From: Podarcis melisellensis | Taxonomy: Eukaryota | Reading direction: 5' to 3' (one strand) | DNA: 64,000 nucleotides | Assembly (NCBI GenBank): GCA_964234715.1 | Contig: OZ174276.1 | Part shown: in pieces, positions 26,938 to 39,535 of the stretch | Position numbering within the stretch: the first letter of the stretch is position 1 | How the letters are laid out: each line of letters begins with the position of its first letter | Position numbers and translations under genes: made by a program | The notes under the pieces: model-generated | What the model saw: the letters and a program-made list of their open reading frames with translations, nothing else | What the model was told of the DNA's origin: nothing | Databases searched by the model: none

Positions 26938-27439
26938 GTGGGCACTCAAAATCTGCTTAGTTTGTGACAGATTTAGTTAATACGTTTTATGACGTTTTAA
27001 TGGGTAATGAAGCACATTAACTGAAGGGCAGGCAGTAGACAATTTGCAAGGGTAAACTAGTTTGGTGGGGGAGATGCATGTAAAGAAAACGTTAGCCCTG
27101 CTTTATCTCTAAAACGCCTATTTCATTTCAGTGCTTCTCAAAAGGTTCATTATAATCATGTGTTATACACTTGTGGCTTTCAAACTTTCTACCTTTTATT
27201 ACATTTCACTTTTATCACATTCCTCCTCTTAAGGAGGTTGGGATGGGGCACATGGTTCTCCCCCATTTTTATCACAACAACCCTGCCCGGTAGGTTAAAC
27301 TGAGATATAATAGCTGGCCCAAGACATTGAGAAGCCTAGTAAGCATCTGACTGCTCCAGGGGTCACGAGGAATGCAATGCCATTGTATTTTGGGGTGGAC
27401 AATTGCTATTGTATTCAAATGTCACATGCTACCTAACTA

Positions 27440-27960
27440 CCGTATATACTCATGTATAAGCTGACTTTTTCAGCACATTTTTTATGCTGAAGAAGCCCCC
27501 CATGGCTTATACTCGAATGAGGGTCCCACCTGAGTGCATTTTCAGCAACCCCTCGTCGGAGCAAGCTGTTTGCTGCCGCCGCTCGTGCTGCCACTGCTCT
27601 GCCAAGCACGGCTCCTGTGCCTGCCCTTGCGAGTGGCAGAGGCTGTTGGTGGTGGTGGAGGAGGAATGAGCAGCCTGAAAGCAGCCCTTTTGGGCTGCTC
27701 GTTCTTCCTCCGACGCTGCTGCCACCAGCCTCTGCCTCTCAGCAGCACCCTAGGTAGGCAGAGAGACTGGAGGAGCTGGGGGAGAGAGAGAAGCCCCCTC
27801 TGCCGTGTGCGCATGTGCACACACGCTCTCCAGCCCACTAGGAGGTTTGTGGTGTGGTGAACCGGCTTATACTCGAGTCAATAAGTTTTCCCAGTTTTTG
27901 TGTGGTAAAATTAGGTGCCTCGGCTTATATTCAGGTCGGCTTTTACTTGAGTATATACGG
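27440..27960. mobile_element. Tc1/mariner (Tc2-like) MITE
   Basis: TA|ccgtatatactcatgtataag ... cttttacttgagtatatacgg|TA; GC-rich interior explains overlapping spurious ORFs. Confidence 0.85.
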
Positions 27961-28239
27961 TAATTGATTAGACCAATTGTAATTTGACAAAAGAGGAAGC
28001 AGAATATTTTGTGAGGCAGACCAACTTGAATTTTGTTCACAGAAATATGTATGTTCTGCTTTGTCTCTCTTCGTAAGGCAAAGGTTTGCATCGGTGTTGG
28101 TTTGTATGTCCGAGGACCTCCTTTTCTATGCTTCCCTTTCCATCACAGCTTAGCAAGAGTTGCACATTGACCACCCCATGTGTATATTTCAGATTAACAA
28201 TAATAAAACATGTCTTGCTTACTGCTTTTTTATTCTTAG

Positions 28240-28359
28240 GGTGACTGTTGGATCTGTATGGAGCTCATGTCTACCTCGTTTGATAAATTTTACAAATATG
28301 TATATAGTGTATTAGATGACGTTATTCCAGAAGAAATTCTAGGCAAAATCACTTTAGCT
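28240..28359 (+). CDS. MAP2K4: MAP2K4 exon 5
   Basis: tcttag|GGTGAC...TTAGCT|gtaagt; 120 nt; GDCWICMELMSTSFDKFYKYVYSVLDDVIPEEILGKITLA. Confidence 0.98.
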
Positions 28360-28969
28360 GTAAGTATTATTTCTATTCTCACTGCTGCCTTTTTTGTGTG
28401 TGCACACTTCTGCTTAGATTTTCAAATCCAGGATCTAGGCGGGAGATGATTTGACTTATTTAGGCTTGTTGCTGTGAAACCTAATGGTTTACCATATACT
28501 GCTCAGTCTCTGCCAGGGTGGCTTCAGAATTTTTTTTTTCTTCTGGTGGTGGAGGGGCACAGAAAGTACAAAATATACTTCTAGGTGGGTGGGTTGTGTC
28601 CCACATGCTAAGATCTCTGAAAGAAAAATAGCAGTATATGCCAAAGACAGGAGTCCAGCAACGGGGAGGCAAGAGTGGGGGTGAGCTCCTTGGTTGGGGA
28701 GTGCACTGCCCCCTATCCCAGCACCACCCATGGCCCCTGCTAGCACAAGCGGGAAACAAACCATGGTCTTACACAACCATTTCTATCACATTTTGTTTGC
28801 ATTAACTACACTGTAACATGGTATAGCTATTAAATGTTTAAAGGGATGCGTCTGCATTTCTGCCTTATAAGCTGTCTGAGATGCATCTTTAAATTGTTTG
28901 GCTTTGGATTGTGTAATAGGAGGCATTTTATTATTTTTGTTCTCAATAAAAATTCTCTTTCTCTCCTAG

Positions 28970-29021
28970 ACTGTGAAAGCACTAAACCACTTAAAAGAAA
29001 ACTTGAAAATCATTCACAGAG
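28970..29021 (+). CDS. MAP2K4: MAP2K4 exon 6
   Basis: cctag|ACTGTG...CAGAG|gtaggc; 52 nt; TVKALNHLKENLKIIHR(D). Confidence 0.97.
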
Positions 29022-29672
29022 GTAGGCTTTTCTGGATTTGTCTTTCTTACTGTGTGGTATGCCTGTCACACGCAGTTCTTCCCGAGCATGCCTGTAGATT
29101 ATGCAAAATACATTTGTGAGCTATTTGGGGTATTCCACATGATCATTTTATGTTTCACTATGTCCGTGTGAGTTTTGGTTCTCTTGGGCTACCAGTTGGA
29201 GGCTGACATTAGGACAGAGCCAATTGACAATACTCATTGGGTGTTACATTTTTAAGTCACAAGTTTCTGTGTGCAGAACAGGGTCATAGTCCTATGGGAG
29301 GGGGTTTCTCCCATTTAAGTCTCTCACACACCAAAGCTGCTGCCATTGGTTGGTTGGTTGGTTGCTTGGCTGGCTGAGGTGCCTAGTTTGTTAATCCTTA
29401 ACAAGCCAGGATTTGTAAGCCAACAACAACTAGGCTGGCTAGTGATCCTGGTTTGCAAGGGAGCAACAAACCGAGATCCTGACTTCGGATATCATGGGAA
29501 GCAAGCTCGAATCCAGGTTCCTGAGGGGGAGTGACTCTAGTTTCTGTGACATGCTGTCTTTAGTCGTAACTTTGTGTCTGACGCTATGTAACTTTCAGCA
29601 GTTAGAAACTGAAGTGCTTTGGTTGCAGCTTATCTGTTTAAATATGTTTCTGTTTGCCCACATCTGTTGCAG

Positions 29673-29800
29673 ATATTAAACCTTCCAATATTCTTCTGGA
29701 CAGAAACGGAAATATTAAACTCTGTGATTTTGGCATTAGTGGACAACTTGTAGACTCCATTGCCAAAACCAGAGATGCTGGCTGCCGGCCCTACATGGCA
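29673..29800 (+). CDS. MAP2K4: MAP2K4 exon 7 (catalytic loop, DFG, SIAKT activation segment)
   Basis: ttgcag|ATATT...ATGGCA|gtaagt; 128 nt; (D)[42 protein letters not shown]. Confidence 0.98.
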
Positions 29801-31331
29801 GTAAGTGGGATTTGAAAACTTATATGTGATGGGTGAGGTGTGAATAGAAATGGAATCCTTTCTTTTACTTGCTTTGTTGTAAAGGCAGAAGGTAAATATT
29901 TTGTACATGAATAGCTGAGGTTGAAATCATTCTTCAGCTTCACAAGCTAAAACTTAGATGAAGTTAGCTTGATGTGAGGCTCCTCCAGCTTAATCTTAGT
30001 ACATTACATCACTGCACACCCAAGGTGTGAACAGCTTTTCTTGCAGTAATCAAATCTCATGCTTTAGTAACCTGGTCCCTCTACTGGCGAAGGTATTGGA
30101 AGCATCCATTTTCTATGTGTTTGCATTTAGATGGTCATTTGTAGGAGGAATCTATAATGATCTAGTAAAACCCTGTAGCTCCTACCAGAGCTTTTCCTGG
30201 GAAGAGGCGGCCCAGGAATAGAGTGAGGACATTTTGGGCCATGATGGTTACCATACAAAGGTGCAGGGGAACGAGGAACATACAGTTCAGTGAAATTCCT
30301 TTTGAGTAAATTAAGTCTGAGAATTGCTTAGTAACATTCTGATGAGGATGTTGGTGCCTTGTGGTAGCACGGATAAATAAAATACAGCTTTAGTTCCCAA
30401 ATGTGGCAGAATAATTGACTAGTCTAAGATGGATGCCCCCTATTGCCATTTAAATAACAGACAGATGGTTACACAAGATTTCCAAAAATACAGATTCTTT
30501 TGTTCTTGGATGTGTTAGTTTTTTTAAGGAGAAGTGATGCCAGATTCAAAGCCACAGATAACAGGGAAACAAAGCATATTCTTTCAGAAATACTGGCACC
30601 AGCCAAGTGAGACTAATACACTTGAGTTGTGACATTAATAGCAGATGCTTTTGCCAAGCAGAACCAGATTGGACAAAAGTGCTGCAAAAGATTGAATGGT
30701 TCACTACAATCCTAACAATACAACATCATAAAATGCACAAATAAAATAAGAGGGTAATTTTATATAGAATAATATCTAGACTTTAGGCACCTGAAACATT
30801 GAAATACATTTAATACTTCACCGTGATGAAACTTGTATATAATAATTGTCCATGGCTTTCAAGCGGGAACCATGGGATCTAATTATCCTGAGAAGACTCA
30901 TATTAAGGGCTTTCAGTTCAGACTCCAGATTCAGTACTTTGGAAAACAGTCCGCCTCAGTCAAAGATGCTTAAGGGGCTGCCTAATTTGGCTCAGTGTTT
31001 ATCCAAGTCCAATACCTTCCTACCCCTTCACTAGTGAGAAATCAAAAATTTCAGAAGGATAGCTGCAGTGATTTCCCCTCAAGGCCAGTCTTTGCAGTTT
31101 TGGAGTGGGAAAAAAAGGAATCTCTTAAATCTCCCCTAATGTTTGCTTCATTTGCATAATTCATACCTTGTTGCAGGATTCTGATTTGCTTTAAATAGAG
31201 TACATGCAGCCCTGCATTAGGATTAGGATCATGGAAGGGACAGTTGGTGTTAAATGAATCCTTCTCCATATCCCACTTCAGTAAATTCTTGTCTTTTTCT
31301 TATATAACGGATATTCTTCCTCTAATTTCAG

Positions 31332-31409
31332 CCAGAGAGGATAGACCCCAGTGCATCCAGGCAAGGATATGATGTCCGCTCTGATGTCTGGAGCTTAGGG
31401 ATTACATTG
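31332..31409 (+). CDS. MAP2K4: MAP2K4 exon 8
   Basis: tttcag|CCAGAG...ACATTG|gtaagt; 78 nt; PERIDPSASRQGYDVRSDVWSLGITL. Confidence 0.98.
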
Positions 31410-32025
31410 GTAAGTGAGAAATGCTAAGGGCTTTGCATGCTGCTGGAGATAAAACTCTAAAGCAGCTTGTGAAGCAGCTTTAGGAGAAGTAAAAGCTAAA
31501 CTGGCATTACTCTTGTGAACATGTACACTGTGATAGGGCCTGCATTGCCTCCCTGAATAACAGACCTGGCTCAGCTTTCCTCTGCTACTCAGTTTGGCTT
31601 CCGTGGCTACTTTTTATCAGCAGTGACTTTACTCTGTTACTAGGGGGCAGCAATGCATGCTAAAACCTCAAAAGCTTTAAGCTAGGAAATCTGTTCCTTG
31701 CTGCCCCTTTAGAGCCAGTGTAAGCCCAGCCTTCCTAGGTTTGGACCACTGAAGAAAGCAAACTTAGTAGGAGTGGAGAAGAGTGTATTGAAGCAGAAAG
31801 GTAGAAACCAAGGGTTCGGTCTAATCAGAGACAATTCCAGATTCGGAGGGGCTGGTACCCTCTCTGGGCACATACACCCTTAGCATTAGCCTAGCAGTCA
31901 CCCCCAAAGTGGAGCTGACTAGGGGTGGGGACAGGTGGCAATGGTATCGAAGGGGGAAACCAGGAATTCCAGCTACCACCTCCTTCATTTCCCTGGAATG
32001 CCTCTGGGCCCTGCCCTAGCATGTA

Positions 32026-32218
32026 CAGTGGACGCTCGGGTTGCGAATGTGATCCATGCGGGAAGCACGTTCGCAACCTGCAGCGCCGCATCTGCACACG
32101 TGTAAGTTGCAATTTGGTGCCTCTGCGCAAGCACTGAAACCCAGAAGTAACCTGTTCTGGTACTTCCGGTTTTGGCGCAGTGCATAACCCAAAGCTTCTG
32201 TAACCCGAGGTATGACTA
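32026..32218. mobile_element. Tigger-like MITE related to the 41700 element (opposite orientation)
   Basis: TA|cagtggacgctcgggttgcg ... aacccgaggtatgact; this end is the near reverse complement of the cagtcataccttgggtt end at 41700. Confidence 0.7.
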
Positions 32219-32326
32219 GTATGTTTATGAGGAACGGGTAGACATTGTTTCCACTGTTTTTTTTATGGGAAGCTTGAGGTCCGTCAACCGGAGACAAATG
32301 CAAAATAGGGGCTTGGGTTAATGCAG

Positions 32327-32328
<2 letters not shown>

Positions 32329-32356
<28 letters not shown>
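32329..32356. repeat. (CA)n microsatellite
   Basis: Direct read. Confidence 0.9.
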
Positions 32357-32358
<2 letters not shown>

Positions 32359-32965
32359 TATTTCATGTGTTTTAAAGGTCAAGTGCTTGCCTGCTGTTTT
32401 GTGAACATTTTAAATTTAATTGAAGCAGCTGGTAAGTTGCCCACTCTGTCTCTCCAGCAATTGCCTGCACACCTCGTATGATTCTTCTTCTTTTTAACAA
32501 AAGAAGTGGAAAGCATTGCAGCTCTTCTACAGCAGCAAGATAGAGTTTCTCCCCTATCTGTGGAAAGCAGACTTGTGGGCTTTTCACAAATGGTAAAGTG
32601 TGTTTAAGGGACTCTTCATCTGAATACATCCAGCTGCAAAGACAAGGGAAAAAAGGATGTTTGTGGGGAGCAGGGGGGATTAGGATGCAGAGGGTGAGCT
32701 CTTTTAAGGTTCTACTATGTCTGGGAATCTCTTTTGAGTACCGGAACTATTATTTCTCAGGTACAAACCATCTCCCCCAAGCTTTCTTGATTTCAGCTGG
32801 CTAATTTGGGAGGGTTGCTATTGTTAAATCATAAGGAGTTGGAAACCTTGCACAGAGCTTCTGCTGGTGGGGCTTGTTTGGAGAATCCTCGCTCCCACCC
32901 TCCTGCCCCCATGAACTTTACAATGGCTAATCTAGCCCATGTTGTTCCTTTTTCTTTCGGTGTAG

Positions 32966-33114
32966 TATGAACTGGCCACAGGACGGTTCCCCTATCCCAA
33001 ATGGAATAGTGTATTTGATCAACTGACACAAGTAGTCAAAGGAGACCCACCACAGCTGAGTAACTCAGAGGAACGGGAGTTCTCCCAAAGTTTTATCAAC
33101 TTTGTCAACTTGTG
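32966..33114 (+). CDS. MAP2K4: MAP2K4 exon 9
   Basis: gtgtag|TATGAA...TTGTG|gtgagt; 149 nt; YELATGRFPYPKWNSVFDQLTQVVKGDPPQLSNSEEREFSQSFINFVNL(C). Confidence 0.97.
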
Positions 33115-34043
33115 GTGAGTATGCCTCGCTCTGGGGCTCTTCAGGGCATTAGTAAGTGGTTCTGGCTCAGGCTTCCAACTCTGTCCCTCAGCAACTTGCA
33201 TGTGGAAGCAACATCCAAGAGTATTCATGTTGCTGGAAATGGTGCATTTTTCCTCCCCTGAGGATGAAAGTGGGTTGGGTGGAGAAAGCTGCAGTATGAA
33301 GAGCCACTTGCAAGCCTTAAATTAATGCCACATTTCCTGCATGTGTGATGGAAGTGGTGGCTTGGAGAGATTTAGACATGTCCTTCCCTAGTTGAGTTGC
33401 CACTCAACGTGAAGGCAATGCAGATCTTCCTTACTGACTTCTCACATTTGACAAATAGCACTGGGATGCTACGGAGGCCTTTCCTCAGGCTGTGTCTGTA
33501 GCAAGACCTTTTGTAGCCCCTAATTACATCTTGGAGATCCGTTTGTTGTTGCCTCCTCGATATATGATAGAGGGAGCAGCGATTGCATCAAATAGAGTGC
33601 ACACTGTAAACTGCAGAATATATCTTTGTAGTGCCTCCTGCTGGGAGTTTGCCTACCTGCAGGTTTGTAGCGGTGATATTTTAAATGAATGTTGCTAAGC
33701 TGTGTTTGCCTCATTGCAGCACAATTATTACATTGTCCTGTGGATAAAACGAAGTGGATCTGAGTCGGTTGCTCTTGTTACATTTAGCACACCAGAATGG
33801 GCTCAGGAAGCGTTATGTGAGCAACTTAACATCGTTTAGTACATTAGTCTACATCAGTGGTGATTTGGAGCCTTGCAGGAGCTAGAATAGTTAAAGATAC
33901 CTTTAAGATGAAACAATTGCCTTTGAGGCTATAAACACACAAAAGAGAAAGCGGAGGAGTGGTATTTAAAGGAGAATGATCAATGTACATTTTACAAACT
34001 GATTAAAGCAAGACAGTCGCTTCAAATTCACTACAGTGTTGAT

Positions 34044-34078
34044 GTGCTGCCACCTGTTGGTTTGACATTTTTCTGCAG
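34044..34078 (-). promoter_or_regulatory. Candidate CTCF site with upstream motif
   Basis: Minus strand cTGCAG-(12 nt)-CCAACAGGTGGCAGCAC: near-consensus core plus an upstream TGCAG module at typical spacing. Confidence 0.55.
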
Positions 34079-34988
34079 TGTTTTTAAAATGCAGTTAATT
34101 AGCCTCTTGAGCTGATTTCTTAGAGGCAAATGGGCAGGACCAGACTGTCTTTAGTTTAGTGATGTGCTTTCCTCCTTAGAAAGGTGGGGAGCAGGTTTTG
34201 TGTTAAGTAGACAAGGCCCTTGAAAAGCAACTATGGCATTTTCCTCTCTGCTGAGCTCTCTATATTCATTTATGGCTGGTTATGGTAGTGCAAGAAGGAT
34301 CTTTTTTAAGAATCCCCCTGTGTTTGTTTATGAAGGGTTAATTTCATGCTGCACAGGTCTTGAGAAAGAAGGAAAAGGAAACTTCCCTGATGCCAGGAAG
34401 TTGTTGAAAGGCTGTGTACTTCCTGCATTCAGACTTTTAAAACAATGGAGTGAGAGACGTACTGATAGGTTGCAGACTTCAGAGTGCTTCTGGTTATATT
34501 GCAGCATTTTCTTGGTTACCTGCAGACCAAGAACAGTCCTGGGATTCCCAATACCTACAACATACTCTGAGCCTAATAGGCAATACAAAGGTGAAAATAC
34601 AGTGTCCAGGGCTTCTGCATAGTTTGGTAGAAAGAGGAATTTCAATAGTGCATCTTGTCTTGCGTGGCTCATCTGCTGAAATTCCCACTCCTATACAGCT
34701 TGCAGAAGCCCTGTCCTCTTTTTAAAATTTATTTCTTTACCTGATTGCCCTGGGTGAAAGAGAAGGCAGGTCACTATCACTGTATGAGTTGGTTTTATAG
34801 CCACAGCCTTTGGACAGAGAGGTGATTTAAATGACCATTAATGATCATCATCATCCTCCATATAGGTGCATTCATGCGATAGAATTGCAGACTCTGACAG
34901 TGTGCAGTGTCTTAACTGCCCAACACTTAATTTCAGATGTTTTTCTGCTAATGTTCTGTCACCCTAATCCTCTTACTGATCTTTTTAG

Positions 34989-35034
34989 CCTTACAAAGGA
35001 CGAGTCCAAAAGGCCAAAGTATAAGGAGCTTCTG
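34989..35034 (+). CDS. MAP2K4: MAP2K4 exon 10
   Basis: ttttag|CCTTAC...CTTCTG|gtgagt; 46 nt; LTKDESKRPKYKELL. Confidence 0.97.
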
Positions 35035-35122
35035 GTGAGTATGATGGGATATGTGAATGCATGAGACTAGAACTGGCTAAGACTTTAAGGACTTTAAAGA
35101 CTTTTCACTCTTTTGAAGCTTG

Positions 35123-35160
<38 letters not shown>

Positions 35161-35206
35161 CCCCACCCATCTGACTGGGTTGCCCCAGCCACTCTGGGCA
35201 GCTTCC
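35123..35206 (-). mobile_element. LINE 3' tail ending in (AAT)n microsatellite
   Basis: Minus strand gaagctgcccagagtggctggggcaacccagtcagatgggtggggtat(aat)n, resembling an L2-type 3' end. Confidence 0.55.
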
Positions 35207-35737
35207 ACAGATATTATTAGGCATTCTGTAGCAGCACCCATTGCTATTCCCATTTTGTGAGATATGAGCTGCATTCTACCTGTTTAGTGCAAACAGTGAG
35301 GCTGGGCTTGCTATTTTGTCTTTTGCTGTGGTGAGCAATGAAGCAAGCCCACATTTAGTTCATTCAGGGGTTGTGTTGTGTATCTAGAGAATTAAAGGTT
35401 TTGTGTTTTTTTTTTTTTGCAATTGCACAACATATTTAATTGGTATAATTAAAATTTGATTTTGGTATTTGTCTGCTTCACCAGTTATCCATTTCCTCCC
35501 AAACGTAAGGCCAAGGGATGTACTGTACCCCACCTGCCTTCTCTGTGTGTATATGCCCATGTTGATGCTTGGAGCCCTTCTACTGAATCTTGTGAGCTGG
35601 TACCTCAGCGCAGCAACTCATAACACCTGTTAAGCGTTAAGTTGCATGGAAGTACCTTTGGGAGCTCACACGTCTTCTGGTGGCACCTTCTGTGCTCCAA
35701 AAGTGAGACTATATTTTGTTCCCTTCTCTTCTACCAG

Positions 35738-35851
35738 AAACATCCCTTCATCCTAATGTATGAGGAGCGAACAGTGGACGTTGCGTGCTATGTTTGTAAA
35801 ATCCTGGATCAAATGCCAACGACTCCGAGCTCTCCAATGTATGTCGATTGA
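35738..35851 (+). CDS. MAP2K4: MAP2K4 exon 11 coding part (to TGA)
   Basis: taccag|AAACAT...GATTGA; KHPFILMYEERTVDVACYVCKILDQMPTTPSSPMYVD*. Confidence 0.98.
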   Translation, partial: KHPFILMYEERTVDVACYVCKILDQMPTTPSSPMYVD

Positions 35852-38247
35852 TACTGCTGCTACATCAAAACTCTAGTGCAAATGCTGAGAAAAAGCAAGA
35901 TGTACAGAATCTCCACCCCGTATTGCAGTGTTTTAACGCTCGCCCAGACACCATGTGCAATAATGTTGGTGTTTTTCTTCCATTCTGTCTGTATATTATT
36001 GTCACTTATAAAGTGCATCCATGTAATAATACCTGATCACAGTGTTAGTGTCAGTCAAAGAGAGACCTCATTTTGCTCTTTTTGTGGACATATTCATAAA
36101 ACGTGGAAATAAGTAACATTTTATTTGTTGACCATGATTGGATAGCACCTAAAGTTAATTTCTAGACTCAGAGACGTCTCAGCAGCTACTGGAATGATTT
36201 TATTCTCTCAAACTCTTCCAATTGTTACAGATAATATAAAAGAAAGGAAGTTAGGCATTGGCCTATCTGATTTTGAACATAAACTGCTTGGGGAGAAAGA
36301 AACTTATGCAGCCAAATGAGCTACTTTTACCTTCTGAAGCCAACAAAGGCAAAGAGGGGATAATATATAAATATATATATAAATATATTTCTTCACAAAG
36401 TGCAATAGATTAATTGATTTGAAATTCTGTTGCTTTTCAGTCACAGTATATGTTTTGAAGACAATTGTGGCTCAGCAGAACTTCATATTTCGGAGGGAGA
36501 AAGAAGTGATCATGTAAAATGGACTATGTCTTTACCAAAAAATAAAAATAAAAATGCATTGCATTGCATTGAAAGGAGCTAACAATTAAACTCATGAGAG
36601 TATGAGTTTGAACTCATGGAGAATAATGTATTGTTTCATTTTCCAAGCAAGCCACTCTTCAGTAGAACTAGGTGTCCTGTAAAATGTTACCTGGTGAGAT
36701 AAGACTTTTACCTGAGGAATTATTAAACTACTCAGTTGAATTTAACTGGCTTGTGACCCCTGATTTCCAACTCATGGCTAAACTTTCACCATTGAAAGGG
36801 TACGGGACAGTTCGCAGTTGTGAAGAGCTATTTTACATTGTTAATAATTATTTGTAATTTATCTCCATCAAACTTTTCATGTTTTCCAGTTGCATAGAAA
36901 CTTCCCACAGAGCTCCAGGTATGACTTGGATTTCTGATATTAACCATCAGATCAAATAAGCTCCCCATATCCCCATCAGTTGGATAGTTGGGCTTCCAAA
37001 ATCATTACAAAGAGGATGCTAAATATGTTTGCTTTCATTTTGTGGATGAATTCGTTTATTAGAAGAATTTCCTAACACAACGGTAACTAAGAGAACTGGA
37101 ATGTTAATAAACGCATGTGACAGAAAAAAGGAAACCCAGAGGTTATATTGCCAGACCGGGGTGGGGTGGGGGAGCCCTTTAAACAATTATATTGTCATCT
37201 CAACTGCATCCAGTATGATCTTATCTTCTAAGTCACAAGGGGGAGGAAGTGGTGTTTTTTAAAATCCAAAGTTATTTGTAATCTCAGTAACTGTCACTAT
37301 TTAACATGTAATACTAGAATTGTAAGGGAATTAAGCTTTACCAATGAGCGGGTCAGCGATAACAAGACCCTGTTACTATAACCAGTTAACTTAATTTTCT
37401 CTAGTATACCAGCTGATTAATAGGATTTGGGGGCAAAAACTTGGTCAACACCATAAGAGATAATGTATTGAAATGGGAACCAGTTGGGACCAGGGCCATT
37501 CCAAGACATTTTGCTGCCTGAGGCAAATGACAAGTGCAGAAGCTGACCAAACTGCCAGGTAAGCACCCACCACCTGAGCGGCTGTTTCACTTGCCCAATG
37601 GTAGGCAAAGTCCCTGGTTGGGACTGTTTTAATGTAGTAATTATTCATTGTAATCCACTCAGGTGGAAGATTTTCAACCTCACCCAGATGTTCCCAAACT
37701 CTATATGCATATGTCCTGGCTTTTCCTCTTTGTGCCTGCTGGAAATTGAATAGTAATTAGAGCCCCCTTCATTTTGCATTCTATTCTCATGTACATTAGC
37801 AGTGCATTTCCATTCGGTCAACCGCAAATGGAGGTAGCTCCTATTCAGGCTCAGTGGATGTCTGAGAGAAACTGACTGTTCTAGCATATTAATCATAGAT
37901 TGATATATTAAGGGTGCAGCATTTATATTACAGTATATGTTTATAAAGATGTATAGTGTTCAGAAGCTGTGAAAATAGTGTAAGAACTGTACATTGTGAG
38001 CTCTGGTTTAATTTTTTTCTTGTACCATAGAAAAAAAATGTAAAGTTTATTGAGAAGCTGATGTGCAGGGGATATTGCCTTATTGTCTGTAAGTAAAATG
38101 GAGTTTGACAACACGATAGCTTCTAAGAGCTTCCAACTATTTTATCCTCTCCTGGTTTGACATCCTCTTCTATTTAAAATACTCTACATGGAATCAAAGT
38201 GTTAATGTAATAGGTTCTCCCCCACCCCCTGCCTGCAGGTCAGTTGT

Positions 38248-38253
38248 AATAAA
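38248..38253 (+). terminator. Probable main MAP2K4 polyadenylation signal (AATAAA)
   Basis: Context cctgcaggtcagttgtAATAAAtc resembles the recalled end of mammalian MAP2K4 mRNA; other AATAAA hexamers exist (e.g. ~36541, 39070). Confidence 0.6.
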
Positions 38254-39529
38254 TCAAGGATCCGAATATGATCTTGCTATAAGGTCAGACATGATGATGG
38301 GGAAATCAATAAATGCAAAATGAAATTTTAAAATGCCATCTTTCTCTGGCCAAGTTTTCCTATTTATTGATGTTTGCAAGAAGGACCAAAAGGGATGGTG
38401 GGACTTTGAGGGGGTGCCCCTGAAATACAAGAGGCTCAGCTGATCCTGACCATTGTTTGACCTTTAAACAATTTTTTTACTCCCCTGAACAAATTACTTT
38501 GTTTGCTGTCTATGCATTTTACACAGTGGTACCCCCATGCTGACTGCAAGCTTTTTAATCTAGCAGAGCTTCCATCAGTAGAATGGGGAGGGGTGTGCTT
38601 TTTGTTATTCCCCCACAGTCTCCTATGCCATCTCACGCACTGTTCTGAAGGGTTCCCCCAACCCTATGGAGTATGTTTTGGGGGACTTCAGGTTGGAAGG
38701 AGGAATTGCCAAAAACTGCCTCTCACCCCATTCTGCTGCTGGAAGCCTTTGCTGGATCAAAGAGCTTTCTATCAGCGTATGGGAGAAATCATTGGATAAT
38801 ATTTTTCATCTTTAGCTACTACTGTATTTGAGGTCTGACATTACCACATGAATGACCCAGTTACTTGGGTCATGCATGGCGTATAACACTTGTGCATCCT
38901 AGATTTGAATTTGCCTTTTGGGCAACAGCATCACGTTGCTGATTTATGTTATATTTGTAATTTAACACAAAAGATATTTCTCATCAGTAGCCCTGCCCAA
39001 CAAGGTAGCTGCCATTTGGGACTTTTGTTTCTTGTTCCATCTGTTTTGTATTTTTATGTTACTGGTTTCAATAAATTCATTGAAATCATTTTGAACTAAA
39101 TTCTCATACGTTCTCCAGAGCATTACCAGCTTCTTCCATTTCTATCATTTGGGGTGGGTGGGGGGAGGCATTTTTTAAAAAAAATATATTTTATTTTGTA
39201 GACCAGAGGGGGAAATTGCATTTTTCACTTCTCCTTTAGCAGTTAAATGACAAGAAGCTGTGATATGACGTGTCTTTGAAGTTCACTGAACAAATTATTG
39301 ACTTTCTGCCTAACTTTCTGCACATAGTGGCTTGTAAAGGTGAAATGAGAGATAAACTAGTCCAGGCTGGCCAGGCTTTATGGATAGAGCACTGAAGAAA
39401 TCATGGAATATCTACTATTGTTAAAGCTTGCACATGACAAAATAACTGCAAAACAAGCACTCAGTGTGACATCACAGGGAGTCTTTTAATTAAGTACGGC
39501 AGTGCTGATCACAGAGGTAAGGCATTGTG

Positions 39530-39535
39530 TTTATT
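39530..39535 (-). terminator. Candidate MYOCD polyadenylation signal (AATAAA on - strand)
   Basis: Minus strand reads cactgtaAATAAAcacaatg at the end of an AT-rich UTR-like block; alternatives at 39190-39195 and 38363-38368. Confidence 0.4.

Larger units (their letters stand above)
2405..38270 (+). other. MAP2K4: MAP2K4 gene body (5'-partial, exon 1 upstream of window; 3' end approximate)
   Basis: Eleven exons splice in frame into an MKK4 kinase (GRGAYG, AVK, HRDIKPSN, DFG, SIAKT activation loop, C-terminal SSPMYVD*); AATAAA at 38248-38253. Confidence 0.97.
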
